DNA of 64,000 nucleotides from Iphione sp. A-MEVVRFRX5 (Eukaryota). Each line of letters begins with the position of its first letter. The first letter of the stretch is position 1. The stretch covers positions 74,152,001 through 74,216,000 of the forward strand of contig OZ320319.1 of NCBI GenBank assembly GCA_976226885.1, in the 5' to 3' direction. The translations under genes and the position numbers were made by a program. Shown here piece after piece: positions 48,401 to 60,400 of this stretch. Below the pieces are notes generated by a model that saw nothing but the letters and a program-made list of their open reading frames with translations, ran no database searches and was not told where the DNA came from.

Positions 48401-51400
48401 TACATCAGCAGGTATGGCAGTTATAGCCCCAGGATCTTGTTTGGACACTGGAAGATTACATGCTTCATTAAAATCATGACAGGCGTGCTATCTAGAGGAC
48501 CATCTCCTTTGTTGAAGACAATAAGTATACTATAAGGACACAAGACATTGCTAAGATTTGAGTACAGTATAGGCAATATTTCCGTCGTTCAGGGTCACAT
48601 ATAACTCCCAGTAAAACTATTTGCTATGACGTTTTACTGGTAAAAGGCAAATTTTCCTTACTCCTGTTTCGAAAAGCTAGTATACTGATGATAATAAGAG
48701 AATGTACACGCATTTTTCTTGCTATGACTCTTGCATAAAGCCATACTTTAATACGTATAATCAAGGAAAAAGTTTACTGAGACACAATTTCCATAAGGAC
48801 CTGATAGCAGTATCAAAACCTTGAAATTGAAATGTGAATGTATGCTCATACTGTACATTACATTACACTCAACGTCCCTGCAAGCCAGACTTAAGAGGTG
48901 CATTGCATCATATATTCATTCAGTTGCTCGGGCCATTGCTGGCTGAGTGACTAGTTGAGTTGCCAACACTTACTGACATTGACCAGAGCCTGTCGCAGCA
49001 GATCCCTGTACTGAGCCACCGAAGGGTCCGCACTCTTTGAGGTCCTCCTGTGGAATTCCTCTCCAGCCGCCTGAGATGAAGGACACACACACACAAAAAA
49101 AAAAACATACTTCAGTATCGATGTTGCTCGTGTATAGAGGTTTCCGCTTTTCTTGGATGCCATGTCTTCCACCCATTGAAGAAAATCAGTTGACTTATTC
49201 TTTGAATCGTTCGATTTTAAATTGAAATGACCAGTACTGAAATTTAGTATATATTATGAGTTACCGCATTACTTTATAACTCGTCAGAGAACAATGTCCT
49301 TCTCCTTCAAACCCTGGAAACACATCCGATCACCAACATGCTTCATGTGTTATGTACTTTGCTGTCCAAGTGCAAACATGTATATACTTAGTAAGTTGTG
49401 TTATTCAAAAATGATACACACAAAATAGGCTTCTATTTGCAATTGCAAACCCAAACAAATGTCGCAAGTAATACTTTACCCAAAATATATTATTTTAGAT
49501 AGCATATGACAAATAACGTTATTTTTAGATTAAGGTGGTAATGCTTGTTTGTGGCGGGAGTTGTGGAATTCAGTGAGACACAATGTACAGTGGAAACTCG
49601 ATTATTTTAAGACCAGTCCAATTTATGACCAAATTCAATAGCAGACCATTTTAACTGGGAACTGAAGTATTGATTTCTATAATTAACCATTAGTGATTTC
49701 AGACCACACTCACTAAACAGACCACTTTTGAAGAGACCCAAGACGTGGTCTTAAATAGAGTTTCCACTGTACAAAAAAAATAATATACTTGATAATAAAT
49801 TTTGTTAGTTTTCATGTTTTTCCTGTGTAGAAAACTTTATTATGAGAAATGAACAAACATGTTACATAAAAAAACACACTTCCATGCAGGGTCACAGCTA
49901 ACAATGTTTACATCCAAATACATGCAGGTGGTTGCTCATGCTATGGTAGTTTGACCAAGTGCGTGCATATGTATGTGTATGCCTTTACTTGGGATACACA
50001 TTTGGGTTTTGCGTGCTCCAGTGCATATGAATTACAATGCTTCTACACATTTGCACTAATTTGGCCCATGTATACACATAGGCAAGCATTAAGGTCTATT
50101 TTTTTTAATTTTACATATATATTTGTGTAAACGAGCATATTCGAACTTTCGTTAAAAGAGCTAAGTTTTGCTAAATTTGTGCCAGTATAACATTCTTTGA
50201 ACAAGACTTAACGTGATTGCCTGGTCCTTCTATATACATTTGTTTTCTGATTCCATGTGTATAGTATTTCAGTGTGTGCAAGGTGTTATGTATATTTTTA
50301 GTTAGGCCCCCCCAAAAAATAGGTGTGTTTCTGGTAATGACCAGCCAAAAACCTAGGTATGGAGGGGGGGTAATCTTTTTTTTTTTTTTTTAGATTTTTT
50401 CTCCAGTCTCTTCCTCTGGTTTTCATTAATAGTAAAGACAATATCAAGAATTTTGACCAATTTGTAAGAGTTTTACAGTTTTTTGGTGAATTTCCATGGA
50501 TTTTGTTGTTTCGCTACCGAATTTACTAAAAACATGTGCTGTGAAAACACATAGCTAAGGAAAGTCAGCTTTGGAAATTTTTGGGGGCCAAACAATTTTT
50601 AGGTAGGATGAGGTTTTACTAGGTAGGGGTCGGTTACCAGAAACATACCTATTTTTGTGGGGGGGGCCTTACTTCCTGACAGAGGGTTATGGAGCACAAA
50701 ATATGCATATATGTAGAAGCTCTAATTACAGACTAGGAAAGAAATAAAATTAATGCTTATACTGATGCATCCATGTAGATAAACATGCAAACACTTATAA
50801 AAACTGCCTCAATGGGAACATGTGGGTGTGGTTTAGGCTGTGCTTGAACACTTAAACTCTTGAACACAAGGCCCTTACTCCATCGAGATCCTGCATGCCC
50901 TGCACTGACTGGCTTCTGGTCAAGACCCTTGGGGTGCCAGCATTCACCCACAATCCTGCTGCAGTCTATGACAAGATAACATGGACAGGTTTGAAACAAG
51001 TTATCCAGCAACAGATGAGAAGGATGTAAGAGTGATGAGAGAATGTGATATAGTGACACATCCCATAATTGAAACATACCTATGTCAGATATTCATGTAC
51101 AGTGAAATCTCTTTATCTCGGTAACATATGGGACTGAAAATGATGGCCTGATTATCGATGTGACACGACTGTAGAAGAGATAGAAACTGCTAGAGAACAA
51201 TTAGTTTGTTTGGTGACAAACTTGACAGTACAATCGATCGCATCATTTACTACAAGAAGAGATTTCATTGTACATGTATTTCTATTTTTAACGAAGAATT
51301 CTTTTGTGACTTTGTTGTTCTCTCAGCATCTCATTTTCTGGTACATCCTGTTTCTTTCTCTTCGTTTTACTCTTTCAAACTATGGTTCCACTCCTTTCCT

Positions 51401-54400
51401 CACTTTCCATATGTGTCACTCTCACATCTATTTCACTTTTTGATGCATACAAACACAGATATACATAGGCATACAAACATAGATACATGTATAGTAATAT
51501 CAATTGTCAAATGTGTGCGATTTCATGCAAATTTGTTTGGAAATTGAATGTTGTCAGATACTAGATGAAAGACAATTAGTAGCAGTGAAATCTATTCGAA
51601 CATCAAGTATTATACTGCAAAAGATATATATCTCTTCAGATATACTGCTAATTATTGTAGGAAATCACTGTAATTCACCCAAAGATGTTTCTGTTAGTAT
51701 TTTGATTCAGAGTATCGCTATCGCAGAAGCAGTAAGATGGCATCGAATTGCACATTAATGGGGATACCCATCCTCAATATTCAGACAGATGTAGCTTTAG
51801 TCTTACCTGAGCATCATGGACAAGGTTCTCCCCAGTGCCATCCCCAGCCAGCACTGACTGGGCAATCTTATGGGCATGCTCTGTGAGAGCTTGCACCAGC
51901 TCCTTTTCATGGAGAGGAGGAGTCGACTTCATCGGCACCATTTCCTTCACGGTGCTCTCATCGACTGGGAGGGTAGCTGGGCTCCCATCTGAGGGGGAAA
52001 TCCATACAGCCGACATGTTACAAAACAAGAGCATACATCTTCTGTCGTTTCTGTTGATCAGGACAGTTAAGTCACTTGAGTTAAGCTCAATTCAGCAACG
52101 GAGATTTTAATGACATGGCTGTCAGATTTATATTGCAGCATTTTGATCCATGTGATTTTATCATAGATATTATTGTGTGATCTTATGAAGATCGACCAGT
52201 AAACCACAATTGATGAATTTGGGACAATTAGAAATTTTTAAGTTTAACGCAATCACTGAGGACGAAATTGTGTCAGCGAGAGATAGAGAGAGAGCCAATG
52301 TCTTACGTGCCCATTCTTAACAGGTCTTAAGGTTCAATGGTGTATGAAACTTTAAAGGAAAATGTCATTATATTAACAAAAATATACCAGTGTGAAACCA
52401 CAACAACACGGTAACCAATGGGTCCTTAATAATGGCAAGAAACAGGAGCAAAAGTTCGTCGATGATTGGAAGGAAAGGGAATAAAAATTATGTCAACGAT
52501 TGCGACACGAAGGTTACAAAACAAGAGCAAACAGTGGTCGTGTGCCAAAACAAAACAATCCTGATGAAACCGTCGTACAAAATGCAAAGAAAATGATGGT
52601 GTCCTCTGTGGTGGATGAGAAAGGACGTATTATTAGTACGGGTGCCACAGTCACGGTTGTCTACCTGGGCGCTGGATAACCGGCGGCGGGGCGACCTGAC
52701 CAACAGGAGAAGTGTCAGGCTTGGTCCACAGGGCCTGCCGAGGAGGTGGGGGGTGGTCCTCGTAGGTTCCCACCACCGAAGCCGGCCGAGAAGAGACAAC
52801 ACTGCTCTCACCATCCAACCCACTGCTCTGCCTTTCCGAGCCACCACACGGGGGATCCTTGTCGTGGGTGAGATCGCTTTTGGTACGCCTAAAGTCGGGT
52901 GCGTTTGGAACGGGCGCATTTTTGTTTACTCTCCTAACTTTACTCTCTGCTGCGACCTCTCTGAAGCCTGCTTCGGTGAGGTTTTCAGTCCCCTGATGTC
53001 TTTTTCGTTTCTTTTTTTCAGCTTTCTTATCGCGTGTTTTGGATGGTTTCGAGGCATTGTCCTTATCTGGTGCAAAATCTACATTACTAGCTACATTATT
53101 GTCTATTGCGGGCTGATCAACACCTACTGCAAAAAAATCAAAATGTTTTGATTTAAAAAGAGAGACAATCATACAAACAGCATTAGAAAGGAAAGCAGTA
53201 TGCCGAGTGTACAAACCACCAAAAATATAAGTATGCATACGCTTTAATCTACTTTTAAACTACTTTCCTTATTTACCTCACTTAGGCCTACATTCCATGT
53301 GTGTGTTCCTGGTGCGTGCTTGTGGGACTGGGAAAAAGGACTTTTCTCGGATACTCGCAGTTACGAATATTGCATGTACAACCAGGCACCCAGGCACTAT
53401 ACCCATGAGCATTGCCGAGCTCATAATTCTTTATATTGTAAATTTTTGCATACATGCACCCTACACACATGCACATATCCCAAACCCATGGAATATAGGC
53501 CGAAATATATCAGTGTCAGTGAGCAATCTTGATCCTGAACAGGTGCAACTTTCTTTTAGTTCATACCATTCTAGATGATATATTAAATGTACAGAATCTC
53601 TTTTCACAGCTATGGATCGTGCATGTTATATACTAATATCTATAGTTTCTTGATAATTCTTTCTGTAAATATACATATATGAGAAATCAAACTTAATGTT
53701 TGAAGTATACAGAAAGCTATGCCATTTGTGCTACTCTTGATCAAATGTTGTTAATATTACCTTCAAAGGATAACAAGGAGAAACCTTTCAGTAGAAATGA
53801 GAAATGGCAATCACACATTAGAAGCACCCCTCAGTACGTAGTGTTATATGCAGGAAGACCAGAAATTTGAAGTCGGATGTTTCACCGTATATTTTGCATG
53901 TTAGCCAAATTCATGCAGCCAACAGAACAAATTGGTAACTTACAGCAAAGAAGAAAGTGATATTTTAGTAGCTGTACGGATATCAGTCTTGCTTCTCATT
54001 TGTGTAACAATATTTCATTGCAAGGACATTATCAAACTGGACCAAATTTAGCAAATCGTAACGGATAGCATTAAGAAAACAACGGTTAGGGATAATATAT
54101 GATCGGGAACAGCATTGATCAACGCAAACGATAATGTTGAAATGGTAAAACACTGTTAATCACTGTGAGCTGAAATAAGTGGGCGGAAGGGTGGGTGGTT
54201 GGTTGGATGGGTGGTTGGTTGGAGGGTCATCAGGCGTGTGGGATCGGGGTGCTCGATCAACATCACATCCGAGTGAGCCTAATGCACAATTGCCTGCATA
54301 TTCAACAACTATTTATAAATACAAGATATTCTCAGAGCGAGGGTCGTGTACCCGTCTGAAGCTGGGACCTGCTTGCGCTTTGGATAGCACTGCTTAGACT

Positions 54401-57400
54401 AGGTCCCTGCAGCGCTATCCAAATTAATGTGGCAAACCGCGAGGATGTAATGTGGACAGTGCACGTTAAAAGGAAACATCAGCATTAGAGCTTCCGGTTG
54501 GATTATTAAATGGGTGTTCACATGTAAACCGGCATCTACCTTCTCTGTTTGTTTTATTTTTGGACTCAGGGTGTTTTCCTTCCATATGTTCGTCTCTGCG
54601 TGTCTTTCTTTTCTTCTCCTTTCGCGATTCTCTTCTCTCCTCCTTACGTTCGCGTCTTTCCTCTTTGGGGTCCTTGCTCTCTTCCCTATGCTCCCTCGTT
54701 TCTTTGCGCTCTCTTTTCTCAGCTTTAGATTTCCTTTTCTCTACTTTTGATTCCATTTTCTCTTCCCTGGCTGCAATATTGTCCTCGGTGGATTCCGGTT
54801 TCTTCCGTTCGGATTCCTTCTTCGTTTTTTTGATTTCTCGTCGCTCTTTTTTGCCTTCCTTTCTCTTAGAGGATCTTGTGGACTTTATATCATCGCCATG
54901 TTTAGTGCTCTTATCTGGCATTGGCCGAGCAGTTGTCATATGGTGGTCATCTTCATCTATCTTCTCACTTACAGGCACTGACCTTTCCATTTCTTTAATA
55001 ACCTTCGTCTCCTTAATTTTGTCCCCTGAAGGAAACCTAACCGCTTTATCCTCAGACTGCTCTTTTTTCTGACCAGGTTTTTTAAGGACAGGAGTTACCT
55101 GCTTCTCTTGATTCTCAACTTTCAGAGTGGATTTCTCCCTTGTCCTAGATGAATCAATCGCAATAATTTCCTGCTCCTTCTCCTCCTTCTCCTCCTCTTC
55201 CTCCTCTAAATCCTCCTCCTCACTCTCTTCAGAATAGTCAGTCTCCGTGTCATCGCTCTCTTCATCCTCCGTGGAGGCTTCAGTTTCATATTCACTTTCG
55301 GACAAACAATCTGCATCTGTTTCGCTTTCGCTATCTGTTTACACGAGAGGTGGTCCAGAATAACAGTGTCAGAGAGTAATTCTGAATAAAGTTTTAATTG
55401 TAAAAATTGCCAGAAATTGGAATCAAAAGGAAGGAAACGACCCAACAGCTTCATCTTTAGACTATAAGCATAGCTCTGTCTAACGAAATTCTTAACAAAT
55501 ATATCTAAATATAGTTAAAATACGTACCTGCATAAACCATATCTACTCCGCTGCTATGATGGTACAATTCACCTTCCGTGGCTAAAATAGTGGAAAAACA
55601 CGTGTTTGTTTCAATGCTAGAAGGTACTGACAATGAGAAGGGTCAAAAAGGAAGATGTTCATCGAATTATCAACACCCATATGAAGCCTTTTATGATATA
55701 GGTGTACATCCATGTAAGTTTCCTAATCAACATTGTAGAAAGCGAACAAAAAGGCAAGAATTGTCTTGTGAATATACATCAGTGTTTAATATACATTCGT
55801 GTACAGAATATCATAATCATGTCCCTGTCTGAAACGGAAAGAATTATATGTTACTATCTCCAGACATTATACGAGTGAATATAACCAGATGTCAAACTCA
55901 CCTGGGTTCAGATAGACCTGGTTACTGAGTGAAGTGGCAGTGATCGGGTCGACATCACCATCGTCCGTCTTCTTACTAATGCCTCCCCCTACTTGTATGA
56001 CGTTACCATCCGGTGCCATAATGGTACTTCCTGTGTTGGAAACGACTGGAGAGGAAGATGTGCATTATCAGTCAACGGAGAACTAGAACGTGTGGTCTTT
56101 AATGCCCCTACTCACAGATATGACAGCAATTTTGTCTAAGATTTGTCAAGCCGTAGTTAGTAATGCTGAAAGTTATGTACAGAGAGCTTGAGCTTGGTAG
56201 AGTATTTCTTTCATTTTTTAAAAACATTTTCATTGTATCTTTAACCAGGAACTAAATATTCAGCCATCTTTTTAGCTGTTTTTCCACAAGCTCCTGGGGT
56301 AGCATACTATGATCTATTATTGAGAATTGAGAGACTGCAATACCTGGAATTGTCCCCTACCCTACTTTCGAACAGGTTTCTGGGGTCTTTTATGCATAAG
56401 GGACATAAATAACCATACAACTGGGAGTTTTGTTACAAGTTGTGGACCACTTTGGATTAGGACTATAATAAATCCATCTGGTCATGATCAAGAGTCCCAT
56501 TTCCAACACTGAACTTGTGGTCTCTCAAACAGTGGACCAGTGCTATTCAGCACTCTTACCAACCGACCCAACTCCTCTCCCCCATTACATTCATTACAGN
56601 NNNNNNNNNNNNNNNNNNNNNNNNNNNNNNNNNNNNNNNNNNNNNNNNNNNNNNNNNNNNNNNNNNNNNNNNNNNNNNNNNNNNNNNNNNNNNNNNNNNN
56701 NNNNNNNNNNNNNNNNNNNNNNNNNNNNNNNNNNNNNNNNNNNNNNNNNNNNNNNNNNNNNNNNNNNNNNNTTCATGTAGTAAAGAAGGTTTGATGCCTA
56801 CCATTAGATGCCGACCGTGGAGATGACAGATTGCTCCTCGGTTTCCTGGTCTTCTTGGTATGCAGTGCTGCCCCCTTCAGGCCGCTTCCTCTGGTGCTGC
56901 TTTGGCCGCTGCCAGGTTCAATAGCAAGCAGGTTCTCCGACGAGTTGCTCCGGGAGCCAATCGCACCTATCTTGAGACTCATGTCTATAATGAAAAATGC
57001 ATAGTTCTTAGCTCTGAGGAATGTATCTAGGATGAAACAAGATGAGATCTTCCATATATATGGGTTAAGGTGGTGGTAGAAATCACCTTATTTAGCATAC
57101 AGGAAATATAAAATGGAGAAGATAAACGTAAGTGTATGCATGAAGACGAATGATTGCCAATATGCAGGATTTTACGAAGAGGAGGGTACGGTGAAATATA
57201 TCGGAAAATAGCAAGTAACTACATATCAATTAAAACAGCTAGGATAGACCAATGCGGTTTTTATATTTTCAACACTGTGTAAAATCTCAACTTGTGTCTC
57301 TGCCTAATGCTTACCATAAAATATATACATGCAGATGCCAGGCCTTATGGGCCTGGATCACATAGTGCAAAAGCAGATGTTTTTGTCAACATCAATTTTC

Positions 57401-60400
57401 TCCGTGATCAATAAATGATTTCAAAAGTCAGTAACTATGGCGTATCATGCTATAATGTAGGCCTATTTAACGTACACGCAATTATAAGTGACCCACAAGA
57501 ACACAGAAAAAGTGTTTTGCCGATATTTTCCGATACAATTGATAAAATATATCCTGAATTAAGCCAATCCTTAGTGTGCGACTTGATAAATCTTAATGGC
57601 TCACCATCTGAGTCAAGGCTGATTGTGGTGACTAAACTTTGATGGGAGAGCTGCTTCTTCGTACGCCTCTTCCGGCGCCGCTCATGCCGGTCGGCCTCGT
57701 TCCCGCTCATATCGTCGGTCACTTCGCCCTCGGTGGTAGTGCCCTCTTGCGGCTCGTAGCGTCGTCTGGTCTGCTGCATCTCCCATGTTGGCGGGAAGAC
57801 GTCTTCAAAAGGGCCATGGAAAACATATTTTACTCTCGTTTTTTAAGAGGAAAAGTTGCAACTGTGTACATTTTTTAATGGTTCGCCATAGTATTTATGC
57901 ATCATATTTATTTTTATCGAACTCCCAGATTTTCAAGTGAAAATTGGTCTTGATATTATGCACATGTTAAAAGAAACATCGTACGTGCTTTCTGACTTAT
58001 TTGATTTATAAGATTCGGAGAGGTAGTGGCTTTTGTGACTAGGAATGAATGACGCAGTTGTACAGACCAAATTTGAAATTCCATAGACTGTAATAATTAT
58101 ATTATTATGAAACTTCTGGAACTGTAGACTGTTTGAAAAATATTTCGATGTAAGATCCATTATAAGTTAAAGCTGCCTTGTTAATACAGGCATGATCATG
58201 GATACAATTTATGAGGCAAATTGGGCAATCAATCAAAAAAAAATCACGGGATTATAGCTGGGTACATGTTATATTGTAGACAAGATTATTAGGTAACATG
58301 CAATGGAATAACATATGGGCGGGGGCTATACCAAGGTCATGATAATAGGTACTCAATATATTAGGTATCTTCACTAGCAATGGCCCATCCAAGGTTCAGA
58401 GTGTACAGGACTCAGGAGTGCATTTATAGAATTTTATCTAAATATCGCCAGAGAAAAGAACGCACTTGCTACGAAATTGCAGGTGTACGAAATGTTGGCT
58501 TTCGCCTTCCATACTGATACCCTGATGAATTCTTGAACTTCTTTTATTACTCTCCGGGGCATGAAAATAGGCCTCAACCCCAGCCCTATCCCGAACACCT
58601 GATCCTCTGAATGAGCCATAAATTGCATAGTACGGTATATCATATGGAACTCCAGCCAGAATCATACAGTTAAATCGGTTAGGTAGTCTGCATCTGGACT
58701 GTTAGCTGAACTGTATATTTTTAAACGGTGGTTAATGTACAACGGTAAAATACCAAAGCTGAAAAAAGAAGGCATCATTTCGTTCAGTCTCTCATTTAGC
58801 TAAAGCTGGAAGTGGAAAAATAACATAACAGTTAACGAGGAGACAAAACGGCATACGTCATTCCATTATGGCGAGGTAATATAATCATAGCAATTAAGGT
58901 CCAATTATAAGCTCCACCGCACTACTCCAAGCTTGTCAAAAAAAGTAACGCATGGTTAAGTGTAACATGAGACTGAGCTAGTTACAGCCACGTCAAGGAC
59001 TACCATAAGTATGTACTTTCTTCTCCATCTGAATCATTTGTACTGTGGCCTGCTCCTGCTTGCTCGCCATACGGAGTCGCAGACAATGGCTGAGCAGGAG
59101 CATCATCTTCTGCACTGTCACAAAAGTCCATTTCGATGTCCTCGTGGGAGGTGATGTCCGTGAGGCTCTCCTTGGTTCCTCCCGACACACCTCCACCAGA
59201 AGCACACGGACGGTCCAATGCATGGTCATTTAATGTTTCATTCGCCTGGTTTGTTTTGGGAGTTGCCTGTCCAGGGTTTGCTTCTTGCGAGGGTAGGTTC
59301 ACATCTCCCGTTTTTCCTACTTTTCCTTCTTCTTCTCTGACAGAACCTACGTCAGTTCTTAGTGCATGTGAATTTTGAATGTCATTCTTTTTGGTTTGGT
59401 TTTGTGCTTCAATCTCTGCTGTGGGAGAGCAATCACAATTCTGTGCTGGGGGTGGGCTAGATGGAGTGACTGAAATCAGTACAAACTTGTTTATCTCTGT
59501 ATACAGTAATAAAATATTACCAGAATCAGAGAGAGAGACAACCCATATGTACATTTACCCTGCTAGCAGAAACAATAACATGTATACGTCATATATACAT
59601 GTACATGCTACAGTTTACACATACATGCACACATGTATCCATTTGCAGGTGAATAGGGATTCGGATCTAGAACCAGACAATACATTAAAAAGATGGAGCA
59701 ACATTCTACATCTACAAACACATGCACTTGGAGATGTGTGTGGGTCTGGAATTGTACGTTGCCCGTCTGCATGTGTTTCTAATTAGGACATAATATAATA
59801 CACCAAATTCAATGCGTATTTAGAATAGTTGTTTATCCCTAAAGAAACCATTCATTTCTGAGATGGGATTTTATAAGACATTACTGACATTCTAAGTTAA
59901 AGTTATATTACACGCATTTCTGAAAAAATAAAGTTAGTGGCTATGCCATGTATGAATATTTTCACACTGTCTTCACTATTACTACTTGGGAAATTTTCTA
60001 TTTTTCTGTGTCCTTAGTGTGTATTTTGTATTTGACGTAGGCCCACTTTCCATGTGTACGGATTTTTTCTCTGTAGTCATCCAGAAAATGGGCTGATGTT
60101 ACAGATGCCCACAGATGCCGACTTTCCATGTGTACAGTTCCCTAATGGTCAAAAATGGTCTCTTATCCTCAATATGTATGTGCATGTATGTCTGTCAAAA
60201 CTATGTGCTGTTGTTTGATTGCAAAGAATTCACCCAAATCTGTAAAAAGCACGTTTTTTTGTGCAAATCATAAGGAATTCTGACCAACTTGTTTTTTTAT
60301 GCAAATTAGATAAATAATTTTACATAAACATATGTTACACAGTGCTCCTCCTCCTTCTGGACACATGGAAACTGAGCCTCATTTCCCTATCCTACTGGTC

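Noticed and set aside
29871-55072. Plus-strand Ser/Phe/Leu-rich ORFs (29871-30119, 34877-35194, 44473-44787, 54560-55072)
   Set aside because: Reverse complements of Glu/Lys/Arg-rich exons of the minus-strand gene.
58434-58665. Two overlapping 69-75 aa minus-strand ORFs
   Set aside because: Flanking exons already join in phase without them; no good splice pair or motif.
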